NCBI GenBank assembly: GCA_002633005.1
Contig: NMRA01000744.1
Coordinates: forward strand, 92,048 to 156,047
Length of the DNA stretch: 64,000 nt
Direction of reading: 5' to 3'
DNA from: Phoronis australis
Lineage: Eukaryota; Animalia; Phoronida
The notes under the pieces were generated by a model, which was not told the origin of the DNA, did not search any database, and saw only the letters and a program-made list of their open reading frames with translations. Shown here in pieces: positions 14,810-27,800 of the stretch. The position numbers and the translations under genes were made by a program. The stretch's first letter is position 1, and the number at the start of each line of letters is the position of its first letter.

Positions 14810-15260
14810 CGCCGCTTATCGCACCGGCCGCCATTTTCAAATTTTGCCCAGCCCTCTTTGCTATAAATCCGTACAGTTTGGATTGATGCTTCATGCGATC
14901 TACGTGTCATTTACGTACCTGCAAACTTGGAACTGCGGTCTTGGCCTCCAAAGGGTCCAAACAAACTTTCGGAATGACTGTCACCGAATCGAGCCGAAAA
15001 ATTACCTCAGCATTCACTTCCACTGCCGTCGATTTGCGGGAACCTCAGATCAACACCGCTTCACAACCATAAGAGACTATTTTCTGTGTGCAATTAAACT
15101 TTACGCGGATTATCAATGTGAAGACAAGTAACCTCGGTGCAACATTCGCCTGTTTTTGCACCGGAATTAACACAATATTATACTGCAAATTATTGAAAAT
15201 GCGCCCTTTTTAACAAATCTAGAAGCACCGGCGTAGTAATACACACTCGACACAATGATG
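14810..15260 (-). promoter_or_regulatory. Probable promoter / non-coding first exon region of the beta-spectrin gene
   Basis: Locally CpG-rich relative to the flanks. Minus-strand donor-like sites CAG|GTACGT (exon end 14919) and GAG|GTAATT (15006). YY1-type GCCGCCATTTT at 14828-14838. Lies between the VPS39 3' end and the spectrin acceptor at 516. Confidence 0.45.
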
Positions 15261-15975
15261 TCATCGTATATTATGGGATGGGAATCCATGGCATAATGAA
15301 TATTCAATAACGCCAAGCACCTCCCAACAAGCTCCATATACGGAAAGGGAATGTTTACTATATTTACTCCAGGAGCACAACCTGAGGATCCCGTGCTTGA
15401 AAGTCTAACCCCATCTGACAGATAGTAAAAAAGATATTTCCTGAAGTGATTTCAAACATCCTGTCATTAGTTTGTGGCTATGGTTTGGCCATCATTGTAT
15501 AAATAAATGATAAATAAAAGCATTTTTGGAGTTTTGTTTAGTGTGTTGCTTTTTACCATAGACTAAAAAGCACTTTCATTTTATTACAAATAGGCAGTTA
15601 TCATGACGGTGTCCATAAATTTCAACTAGCTCATTGAGTTAGCAAAAAAAGCAAAGAGCGGGATGTCTGAAACCTTTTTATCCATCTGAGTGATTTCTGA
15701 AAACTATAAACTAAAGTCTTTCAAACAGAGGAAAATACAGGAATTTGTCACAAATTTAGGACACGGCAAACAAGTGAAATATTAATTTTACATGTAAGAT
15801 GAGCAATAAAAAAATATTTCACACAAATTTTAGTTATTATGGTACAGACTTTTAAAATGGTCAAAAGCTCAGCAACCATGAGAAAATGTTATGAGAAATT
15901 GCGAGCATTCATTTGCCTTTAAAAAATGAATAATTATTGGTGAGATTTTACTTCAATACCAGGTACATAACCTTA

Positions 15976-16077
15976 CCCCCTCCCCTCCATTACAAACCCC
16001 CACCCCCTCCCCTGTATTGCGTACCCCACCCCCTCCCCTCCATTGCGTAAACCCACCCCCTTCTCCTTCATTGCGTA
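15976..16077. repeat. C-rich ~27-bp minisatellite (about 4 copies), truncated at N16078
   Basis: CCCACCCCCTCCCCTCCATTGCGTA-like units; G-rich on the minus strand. Confidence 0.8.
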
Positions 16078-17058
16078 NCCCTAGATTTCTCCTTTCTTGG
16101 GTCCCGGCCTAGACAAAATCTTGGATAAGTACACATTACATGGGGACACCACACTAAAATCTCCTGTGAATCGAGCTCTGACCAGAAATGTCACATATTT
16201 TAAAGCTCCATGCAATTTTCTGTTGGTTGTTTTTCACTTTTGTTGACCTGTGAGCTAGCCTGTATAGACAGCTATTTGTGGTCCGCGTACGTTTGGATAT
16301 CATAGAAAATAGGGTATCAACACAACTTATAGAGTAGTATCAGTTTGCCAGTAGCCCTAGAAAGATTTTCAAGGTTTTAAATATGACAAGTAGGCACCTC
16401 AAAATTTGACAGCTGTTTAAGGCATAAAACCGATTTCATCATTTGTGATCGGATACTCCAGAGAGAAAAGTTGTTCGATTTCAGTGTGAATCTGACCATG
16501 GAGAAGGCACTGTCTGGGCCTCTCATAGTTTTCCACAGCTAGTTTACGATAGATTTTCAGACCTACTGAATTCAAACTCGGAGCAATACTAAATGTTGTG
16601 AACAAAAAGCTGTTTTGTCAGTTCTTGGCAGCAATTAACAAATGAATAACTTAAAAGAGCTAAAAAACAAGTCTCTCATAAAAAAAATAACGTTTGATTT
16701 AGACCACTTACCGCTGTAAGACTGAGCTGGCAAAAAATGACGGTTTGCTTTTATTTGAGACCAAGTTTAGCGAGATGAATCGCAATGGCAGTTGAGTTTA
16801 CTTAGCCAAGGGTGGTCCAAGCACTGGCGAATTTTCACTGAGACGTTTCCACACTCAAAATACTCTCTAATCTGAATGCGGTACAAGTAGACTAGTTTCA
16901 TAGCAGTATGTGGTCTATTTCAAAAGCTGGTTTCCTTGATGGAAGGTGTAGATTCATAACAGCTTTAATTATTACTCATAATGTAAATCGTATTAATTGT
17001 TATACCAGAAGAAAAGAATGAAACAAGAACACAAAGAGCTATGTGACATATCATCAAC

Positions 17059-17064
17059 TTTATT
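17059..17064 (-). terminator. Candidate polyadenylation signal for VPS39 (distal)
   Basis: AATAAA on the minus strand followed about 25 nt downstream by a GU/U-rich tract (CTCTTTGTGTTCTTGTTTCATTCTTTTCTTC). Other AATAAA hexamers lie nearer the stop (e.g. 21370-21375). Confidence 0.45.
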
Positions 17065-19234
17065 GCAACAATATTTTCCCAAAAACATTATAACAACGTG
17101 ATTTCATATCATAATCACTGCAAAAAATAAAACTGCTATATCACAAAAGCTAATTAGTTTATGCATGCACTTGCTAAGACCTAAAATCCACAATTACCCG
17201 AGTGTACCAAGGTCTCTGACAATTGAAAATGGCCCACCTAAATAAGATGCCCATCACCGAGTGTATGTATGTACCAATCATACCAAATCAGTTGCACTGC
17301 CAGAGTGATTTCAAGATCATTACAGCACCCACCTTCAGTCGAAGAAACTAGCTTTCAATTTAAGCAACTTGCAACCATAACATTAGACTTAACTTGTTCC
17401 TTTCTCACATGAGAAGTGAATTTCAGATTTGCAAAAATCCGACTGACCATTATTGCTAGAGACCATCATCAATGAATAAAATGACTGGCCATGACAAACC
17501 AACTTGCAGAACCTGGTCTCAAGTAATAAGGATGACCAATTCTTTCAAAGTACAGAAATCACATCTATTTTGACAAAGGAACAATATGAGATAAACTTCA
17601 TAACATTTTTAGACAGAAGATGGCTTTATAGCTGGTTTAACTATTCTATTGATTGGGAGCTACGCCTCACGCCAATTAGTTTTTAGATTCAAATATCTTA
17701 TTAATATTGTGTTAAAGAGACCAGTGATGAATAAACTTGCCAGCGAAATGACACGGTGGTATTTCAACTAACCACAAACCTAACAGAAGATAGGTAGTTT
17801 TGTTAACTATTACACGCATTGCCAAAAAGAAATTTCCAATTTGACATTTGTGAATTTTTCAATTAAAGCTGACATTGCTTTAAATAACTTGTCAAGTGTT
17901 ATCTTACAAAAACCGAGTCACACAAACCTTCTTAAGAGTTAAACAAATTCTCAATCTTCATTTTGTTGACAAATATAACCGTACTAAATTCCATGTTTTA
18001 TCCATATCGTGCGTTAAATAAGTGAAGAATAACAGACTCTGAATGAATGAAAATGTACATCTGAGTAGCGGACTGCACTCTATTTTCACAATTGCTGAAT
18101 AACATTACACCACTTACATTCCACACAAAAGGAGTTTCTGATAACCATTGACATTACAGTAGTCCTATCAACGAGGGCAATTTCCTGTTGGAGAAACCTA
18201 CTCACACAGATAAGCCACAGCAAATTGTAGATATCGTACAACTTCAAAAATAGACCAAGTGGACTTGTAAGCAATAACGTTATTAAGAGCGTTCAGTAGT
18301 GGCTACACAGTTTCAATAATATCTGAAAAGTGTGAATTTCAACAAATTTTTTTACATATTAATAAGCTTCAACTTTCTTTAAAAACATCAATGCCTACGC
18401 TACTCATTCCAGGGTTAATCCACACAAAATGGACTCTCTGTCTAGATTGGACGAAAGAGGTAATAAACATTTTCAAGGATGACAACAAATGACCAATGAG
18501 AGTATCCAAGACATAACCTGAGCAAAATTCAGCAGCGTGCAGAAATAGGGGTCGATGAGGCGATGGCCCGGACATCCACATTGGGGTCCATCTAATCACT
18601 ATGATTGAACTTTCGAAATTGCAACTGATTTGTAGTTTCTATTTTATGTTTCACCTTTTTTACTTTTCTTAGTACTAGGGTCTATGTGTTTGAGTAGATA
18701 CGGGGTCATCCGAAAAAATCCCCCTAGGCATCACCATACTTCTGTACACTACAGGCAAAATTGCACACTTCAAACAATATACGGTACACCACAGATCATC
18801 AAATATAGTATCTGATATTTACTGCCTTATGATGCTTGTTTAAAGGGACATTTTCATGTCCAAGTCATGAATTTCATTATAATAATGAAGGATTACAGCA
18901 TTTCTTACCAAAAAGTACAGTGAAGAAGGCTTACATTGAAAGTCAAATACTAGATGCAAAATATTTAAGAAAACAACTAACAAAGTTGTAAGCTTAGTTA
19001 AAAAATGCACACAAGGTGGCGCTTCCCGTGCCATTAAGAAGAGATATTTGTGATAATGAGCTATACAAGAACAACCAACAAAATTAATAAACTAACAAAC
19101 AGAATTAACATCAACTCTATGTCTGTAGTGATGTCCTTAAATGAAGTTTACAACACAAAACTGTGAAAAAATTCTATTCAGCCACACTGGAGGTTATGCG
19201 TAATCACGACTTCAGTTGTGAGTGGTGAAGGTAT

Positions 19235-21139
19235 AATGAAAGATCGTAGCAGTTGTAATAATTGAGGCATGCAATACACTCAGTCACCTCCATGTACCAA
19301 TGACTCAAATGTAAAATGTTAAGCGCAAACAAAAGTCCGACTTTCCAACCGAACTCATCCACACGAACCATTTAACGAATACTGATGAGAAATGGTGAGG
19401 TGAAAGTATCTGCAGTTTGTATGCGTGAATTTTGACGTTATAATTTTTGTTTGTGTACGTACAGTAAAGATTCGTAAGTATGATTCAATGATTCGCAAGG
19501 ACGGTTCCATGCTCGTAGGGACTATTGACCTTCTTACGGATAGCGAGTCTCGTGATACAAACAAAGCATTGTGGGATAGCGATCATTCCACGCAGTATCA
19601 CCAGAGAGGTAGATACAAGATCAGGAGAGGTTTTAGTTTGTTTCGAGCAGTCAGAAGTCCATTATAGATACCAGTTAACACGCAGCATTTATTCAACAAC
19701 TAACTGCTGCTAGCTAACTAAGCAGACGATCACCTGCGTGGAAATTTCTGAATTTTGGATTAGAAGACTTGTATCCCACAAATCTATGCTTTGGGATGTA
19801 GACAAATCGTTTTTCTCTATCCGTAGAAAGATCAACTATTGAAAGCCTATGAATACACGTAGGAGAATGAGTTAGACAAAGAAAGAATACCGCATAAAAG
19901 TTGCCTTTTTTGTAATCATAGAAAAACTAAACAGAAATTTTCGTTATCACATTATTTTATCGCGTACCCGATGTATAATCTCTGCACTCAAAATCTGAAT
20001 AAAAATTTACCGATTGCATGGTACGCTTTGAATAATTTTATAAATTGAAACTCGAATCGTGCCACGTGATTGGTTAAATTTCAAGTCTAAATTAGAGTGA
20101 AGTCTAAGTTTAGNNNNNNNNNNNNNNNNNNNNNNNNNNNNNNNNNNNNNNNNNNNNNNNNNNNNNNNNNNNNNNNNNNNNNNNNNNNNNNNNNNNNNNN
20201 NNNNNNNNNNNNNNNNNNNNNNNNNNNNNNNNNNNNNNNNNNNNNNNNNNNNAATGAAAGATCGTAGCAGTTGTAATAATTGAGGCATGCAATACACTCA
20301 CTCACCTCCATGAACCAATGACTCAAATGTAAAATGTTAAGCGCAAACAAAAGTCCGACTTTCCAACCGAACTCATCCACACGAACCATTTAACGAATAC
20401 TGATGAGAAATGGTGAGGTGAAAGTATCTGCAGTTTGTATGCGTGAATTTTGACGTTCACGGTTATAATTTTTGTTTGTGTACGTACACTAAAGATTCGT
20501 AAGTATGATTCAATGATTCGCAAGGACGGTTCCATGCTCGTAGGGACTATTGACCTTCTTACGGATAGCGAGTCTCGTGATACAAACAAAGCATTGTGGG
20601 ATAGCGATCATTCCACGCAGTATCACCAGAGAGGTAGATATAAGATCAGGAGAGGTTTTAGTTTGTTTCGAGCAGTCAGAAGTCCATTATAGATACCAGT
20701 TAACACGCAGCATTTATTCAACAACTAACTGCTGCTAGCTAACTAAGCAGACTATCACCTGCGTGGAAATTTCTGAATTTTGAATTAGAAGACTTGTATC
20801 CCACAAATCTATGCTTTGGGATGTAGACAAATCGTTTTTCTCTATCCGTAGAAAGATCAACTATTGAAAGCCTATGAATACACGTAGGAGAATGAGTTAG
20901 ACAAAGAAAGAATACTGCATAAAAGTTGACCTTTTTTGTATTCATAGAAAAACTAAACAGAAATTATCGTTATCGCATTATTTTATCGCGTACCCGATGT
21001 ATAATCTCTGCACTCAAAATCTGAATAAAAATTTACCAATTGCATGGTACGCTTTGAATAATTTTATAAATTTAAACTCGAATCGTGCCACGTGATTGGT
21101 TAAATTTCAAGTCTAAATTAGAGTGAAGTCTAAGTTTAG
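19235..21139. repeat. ~880-bp direct duplication flanking a 139-N scaffold gap (probable haplotype/assembly artefact)
   Basis: 19235-20113 versus 20253-21139, with N at 20114-20252. The copies differ by scattered SNPs, a 7-bp indel (CACGGTT) and a 1-bp indel. Confidence 0.9.
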
Positions 21140-21227
21140 AGATTAGACCCTCACCATTGCTCAAAAGGGGATACTAGACTTGCAAGTGTGTACATTGAAC
21201 ACAATATGCATAACGACAATTTCTGCA

Positions 21228-21509
21228 GTCTGTTTCGTGAAAAGCAAATAAGATTTAAGACAGAAATCTGTGTTACGCTAAACATAACTATTTCTGAAAA
21301 GTAAAACAGACTTTAGCAAAAGAACAGGCTATCTTAGAATATATCCATGACAGCTACTTACTGAGATAATTTATTTTGTACATATTATTTCACAGCAGTG
21401 ACGTGCTAATCACCACATAACAAAACCTTTTTTAGATAATTGTGAAATGGGCCTGTAAGCTCAAATTTCTGTCTTAAATCTTACGTCATTTTCATGAAAC
21501 AAACACCCC
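21228..21509. mobile_element. MITE family A, copy 1 (in the VPS39 3' UTR region)
   Basis: Imperfect TIRs GTCTGTTTCGTGAAAA...TAAGATTTAAGACAGAAAT / ATTTCTGTCTTAAATCTTA...TTTTCATGAAACAAAC; internal homology to 31217-31483 and 32513-32800. Confidence 0.7.
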
Positions 21510-21750
21510 TCGGCTTGATAACAGAGCTCCAATTCAAGTCTCCATCAAAATGAACCAGACTAGACAATACAAAACTTATCTTCTAGATGTAGCTCAAGTA
21601 ACTCATAATTCTTCGAGTATGTAAAATCAAATTAACAATGTCGACGTTTGCAAATTCAAACCAAAAACTAACATAACAGCGTGTTTGATGCTAATTGCCA
21701 TAGGGTATTCACAGATTAAAACAAAATCTCACAGTTAAAAACTCTATGGT

Positions 21751-21832
21751 TCAAGGCTCTACAGGGCACTTATCTGGGTCTTTGCAGCAGACGTAATGAA
21801 CAATGACTCCATTCGGATACCTCGCAAAGGCA
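21751..21832 (-). CDS. VPS39: VPS39 coding exon 23 (last)
   Basis: (S)AFARYPNGVIVHYVCCKDPDKCPVEP*; TTTTTAG acceptor; TGA at 21753-21751. Confidence 0.95.
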
Positions 21833-24800
21833 CTAAAAACAAGAAATGCAAAATTTCAGTGTCTGATTCACTAAACAATGTTGCAACAATTCTAATCAAA
21901 TGAAGAAATTGGTAAAACACTACACAGAAAAGATTTGATGCACAACGATTCACAAGCTAAGAATTTTGTTCTGTCCAAAGATTTTTCAGCAGTAGTACTG
22001 TTTCCCTGGACCATGGCAGCAATGGAAAAGCAACGTTAACAGCCTAGTAAAAGGCCCTCATCTTGATGTGTGTGAATGTACCATTATTACGTATTGTTTT
22101 CCTTGACCATGGAAACAGTGGAAAACCGATATTAACAAACCGGTAAAAGGCCCTCATCTTCGTGTGTGTGAACGTACTACCATTAAGAAACTACAATAAC
22201 ACTGACTGCACAGACAGTCGTGTGTTTGTTCAATGGATGTGAATGCACACACATCAAGCTGAAGGCCTTTTACAGGGCCGCTTGCATCACACTCCTATTA
22301 TCACCACTCGTAAGGAGATCAACTATTAACGTTGAAAATGTCTCTCTAAGACAACCAAATAATTTTATTTTTCAAAACAGTAACATCAGAAAATGTTTGC
22401 CTCTTTAAACGTGACTAGCAATGGACCGTTAACTTAAGTAAAAATAATGACCTTGAGTGAAACAAGCCAAATGACAAGGGCCAAACAATCATATAACATT
22501 TTCTGCTGGATAAGTTTGAAAATCACCAATAGCACATCGCGCATTATGTCCAGCTTCTAAGCTTCAAATAATCAAGCTAGCAGTAAAAGGTTAAATTATT
22601 TGCACAAAATCTCACTATTTTTTAAACTTAATAATTAATTAAAAGAGTACGACAACGCCTCCATGTGTCATAATGCAGGGAAATTGAACACTTGCTTTTC
22701 TCGAAGCTTCTTCAGCCAATTTCAGCATCGAGAAAAACAACTGCCATAACTCATACATCTTTTCCAAAATAGATATCTACAAGAGACCAATCAAAAAAGT
22801 GATTTCTCCTGAGTACATTTACTCTCACATGACATAAAAATGAAAAATACCTTGTACCAATTCTCTTTCTACAGACTCGGCACATCTTCTCGCTGTTGAT
22901 CATAAACTTTGTTCGCTGGTAAAACATCCTCTGCTCTTGGACCTGTGGTAAAGCAAAACGTTTTGCAGAGGAAGAACCAAAACAACATGAAATTTCAAAA
23001 ACATTCTAATAATTGGTACGAAGCTCTGTAATATGAATGCCATATATGCGCATTTCTTTATGAGGAGCCAGTGTGGCCTAGTGTGATAAATGTCCGTTTA
23101 TTTTACTCAAGGTCGTGGATTTAGAGACCAACTGGGGCACACTGTTAGACTTTCCAGTCAGCTCTCTAGCTCCTTAGCTTTGTATTAACTATATGTTAAT
23201 AAACCATTAAAATGGTTCCAGGTGATCAGTGCAATGGGCCCACTTGAGAGGCCTGCATACGCCTGGTACAATATGTACAAAACCATGTGCAATAATTATT
23301 TGTCTCTAATATGCCCATTTTTAGGACCAGGCACCTACATCTAAAAAAATTGTGTTTGAGGAAAATCTTACTCAAGTGTTTTACATATAGGCACACGCAC
23401 CTAACCTTACGTCAAGCCCAGGTGGCAATTTCTTGTACATGTGCACATCTTAAATTGGGCATTACTTGTAGTTGTTTTTTTTTACCCATTCTTGTTACTT
23501 TCCATTTAAAGGGAAATTATCACTTTTATGGCCATGAAGCACATTTTGGGATCATTGTTGAACAGGACAGACTTTTTGGAGTCATTAGTTTTGACCAGAA
23601 CTATAAAACAAAATCGGTTGCGATTTTGTGATTTTACCAGAAATCCACAATTCTTGCCGTTGTCTGCCAGACATTTGCTAAAATCAAGGCCGATGTCTTT
23701 AACACAGTCAGTTAAATACGCCTAAAACACTCTGGCATTTATAGAGTGTGGCTTAGCTCTGCCAACAGACCATTAGGCTGGGACTTTGACGGTGCTAGAA
23801 GTGAATATCCACACTAGGGCTGATCTCATAAATTACTTTTCTCGCCAATAATGTACTGTTAAAATAATTACTCGTCGATGTGCACCATTTTGATACAGAC
23901 AGGTTAATTTTCAGTCACATAATATTTTACAAACCTACTCTTCAGTTTTATTCAAGTGCACTATACAACTTTAGGACCATTTAGGGTAAAAAAATGAATG
24001 GAAAACCTAAGCAAACATTAAAGGCAGCGAAAGCTCCAATCTTTCTTTGAATGATAAAGACTAAATAAATCGTTCTAGCTAAAATGTTGGCGTTACACTG
24101 CCACTCTATACACAGCTAAATTTTGTAGTAACGAAGGGTAGCAACACTCAGCACAGCATCTCAAAGTTTCATATGAATCGGGACACCCGTTTTGTAACAT
24201 AAGCCTCCTCCAAACTTGGACACTTTTCTACAGTCCTATTAATCGTTAAACACAAAGTAATCTAAGTTAATAGAATTTAGAGTTCAAATTTCGTAGAGCA
24301 AATCGTGAAACCAAGTTGTCACAGGAGTGAGCTTCATATAAAATATATAGACTTGCATCAGTAGAAATCAAACACAAATGCATGTAGTCGGAAGGACAAT
24401 AAATGTATTAAAGAAACAGGTGTCCAGAAGTGCTTCAACAGTTTTGCGAGTCAATGGGCATGGATATAGAGTGACCTTTTCACATGTCAATGCACAACTG
24501 CGCAGTTGTCGCAAAGAACACGTTCAACTTAAAACTCACAAGATACTGTTTTTCGTAATTTTGAGTATTTAGTACCACTGATTGAATTTCCAAGCAAAAC
24601 GTGCTTTGACAAAGTTCTCCCTGCTTTGAATGTTGCTAAGTCAAAAAAATATAAATAATCAAACTGACACGTGAGCATGTCACAAGCAAACAAAGACATT
24701 TTAACTTACCGTTAAATTTTCTGAGTACCGCAAACTTTTTAAAATTTGTGCATTTCGTTTAGTCTTCTCGCGATCTTCTAATACCGTTTCCAAAAAGGAC

Positions 24801-27800
24801 AACACGTCACTGATCCCAATGCATGTTGGGAGGATAGCTAGCACCTGAAAGCAGACAATAATTTTATAACAATTCCGTGGCTGTTGTTGTCTGATCCAAT
24901 CCAAAATGTACAACCATGTTTTTAACACACCAAACTGAATTACGTAAAGTATAAATGTTTCCTATATAAACATAAGCCTAATGAAACATTTTCAAAACAA
25001 AAAATAATCAATGGCATACCATAATAAGTCTGCACAACAAAGTCACTTTTCATTAAACATACCTTAGAAGTATCCATTTTTGTAGCCTGTTCCTTGAGAA
25101 TTTTCAGAGCTGCACCGATATTTGGTTTTGAGTCCTGGTGAGAGAGTGATCCCTTGGCTGTGGCTGGGTTTGGCGGTTGGAGATACATTTTCAACAAGGA
25201 CAAGTAGACCTACAGGAAAATGTAATCCATTTAATCTGATGTACCACAAACATGATGACGCAAATCCAATTTTGAAAAAGAAATTAAGTTTAATTAAGCG
25301 CTACGTCGGCTGGTGAAAATTACCAAGCTCAAAATGAGCTAAAACTAAGAATGCATGGCTTATTAAGCCTTTGTAACCATAGAAACCACGAGGTGTTGAC
25401 TTGCCGTGTTTCACAGCTTCATTTTTGTAAGGATCGCAAAGTCAAATTAAAGTATTTGTGTCAGCCCTGTCTGAAATGCGGTGTCTCACGGTAATATTCA
25501 CATTATCTAAACAGTGCTCAAAATAACCTTAAATCATGCACAGTGGTTTAGTACCCAATGAAACAAGACAGACGCAGATTCTAAAGTGACAAAATCAGAG
25601 AATGAACCTCTTTAAGGCCCTTCAACGCAATCCTTGAGAATCATTGTTTTGTTTTGCGGTTTGGAGTGGAACCCAAATTGAATGTTTTGCTTTCTAAATA
25701 CGTCAAGTCGGCATTTCTAATTAGACATGTTAAAACTATTGACCCAATAGAGTTGATGGAATTCTTCAATGGGAATATTCAGCACCACTAACTTGATGTG
25801 CTCGAGTGTGAAGATAATAATTTCTGCTTTCGACCAACTTAGCTCGGCTGAAGAGTTTAACACAACCTAATGACCACGTTCCTGCACGTCTGACCAAAGC
25901 ATAAGCAGCACCGCAAACTACTTTTCAACTTGGCTGGTCTAACCTGGACCACAAGTGACAGGGTTTAAAAATTCTTACACAGGTGAAAAGAAAACAAGTT
26001 GTGGAAACAAGACAGATTTTCTGCACGAGAAACATGATTCTACTTACATCTCGACTACTTTCCCCGTCTCTTTCATAGCTCACCTTGCAATGCCTGACAG
26101 AAGAACAAAATACATCTGAATTTAGTGCAAACCAGTGACAGCTAGAAATCAAACTCAAAGCAAGACATACACAACTACAAACGATTGTTTTCGACATTCT
26201 TTAAGACATACTGCTTCAGCTGACACTGCTTTGTACAAAAGGCTTGACATAATGACCTGCAGGTCTCATTTGCAACCTGAAATCTGGAAAAGCGAGCTGA
26301 GATTTTGGTCAGCTTGTATTAGTCCCACGTGTGTGTGACTTGAGAATACTGAACTTAGACAAGATGAGTCATATCGCCAAAAAAATACATCGACAACACT
26401 TTTTATTTAAGGCGAACAGGAAATTACGAGTGCCACAACACACACCAGAAAGCACCCCAATATCGACTTTTTGGTAGCCAAAGCGACCTGGGATCTGTGT
26501 GTCAGAGCTGAATTTCGGATTTGCGAGCTGGGATTTTGGCCAAGCCACAAAAGACGACCTGGTTATATTCGTACTGTCCAGATCTGGTACAAAAGCACAA
26601 CATGAGACCTTTAGTTCAAGCTAATGTCTAGATAAAAAATGGAATCTTCAAAGAGCCTAATTGCAAAAGGTGATTTCTTTAGAAGGTAAGGAAACAAACA
26701 CGTCTTGCACAAGGATATGAAAAGAAGTAGACCCTGTTTGTTCCACAGAAGAATACATTCACAGGGAATGTGATTGGCCAGATGCGAATCGATCTCGAAA
26801 TCCTTGATACCAGAGTTATCTGCAGATAGATCCATCTTCACATAAGCCAGATACAGCACGGCATACATTTGATGGAATCTTAAAACTTTCCCCAGTTTCA
26901 TAGGAAATGGCCAACAAAACCGTTGCTAAAGTAAGTCATCAACAATGAAGTCCTGCCAGCAGCGACAATTATACATTCACAACAATGTTGTGTGGTGGCT
27001 ACAGTATACACTCCATCAACTACAGTCTACTTAGCATGCTGTTTTAACATGTCGCTGTGGCGACCTGTTTGACTGCAGTTGCACCACATTTGAATGGCCT
27101 CCAATAGATTTGAACTGTCCCCGTTCCTTGACGCAATTAGGTTTTCAGGTGTTGGGAACACTGCTAAGTTATACTGTTTGTAAAAAGTAATGTCGTCCAT
27201 TTTTAAATATAAAAATTTGAACAAACATTTTTTCTGCATGCCCAAGCATGTATTTGAATTTGACTTTTGGTCCCTAAACTGATATTTTCCAAGTGTGCAC
27301 CTCCAGCTCATCTTGCAGAAAACTCTAATATTATGGCTGTAACCTGTTCCAATTCAACATGTCTGACACAACAACCAAATTCTTCTTGGCGTCTGTGTAA
27401 AAGCGGTCAAAGAGAAATCTTTTAAAATCCAAATAATACGACACTTATTTCGTATAGCGTGAATCTGTAAATACTAAAATGCAGGATCGAAGCAAGCACT
27501 TCACGAAAGTGAGGGTGGCAACAACATTAGAAACTCAAATTGTACGTACTCCTCTGCCATTTCATAGTCGTGTAGTGTATGAATGTAAATAGCCAGTGCA
27601 TCCTCATGTCTCCCAAGTCGGCCAAGCAATAGAGCCCGCTCTTCGAAAAATCCTGAAAGACGACAATGTCACAGGTTATCCATTTAGACTTTATTGCTTC
27701 AGGATAGTTTCTTCCAATAATTCATCTAAAGACAAATCGCAACGGTATGTGAACAGATGGCACTGTGCAAAGATTTAGATCTTGAAACCGAAGAGACAAG

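Noticed and set aside
15976-16077. Functional G-quadruplex upstream of the putative spectrin promoter
   Set aside because: G-runs exist on the minus strand, but the array is cut by an N and nothing in the sequence shows function.
19355-20738. Duplicated 60-90 aa ORFs suggesting a tandem gene pair
   Set aside because: They arise from the gap-flanking duplication, are frameshifted between copies and show no recognisable protein motif.
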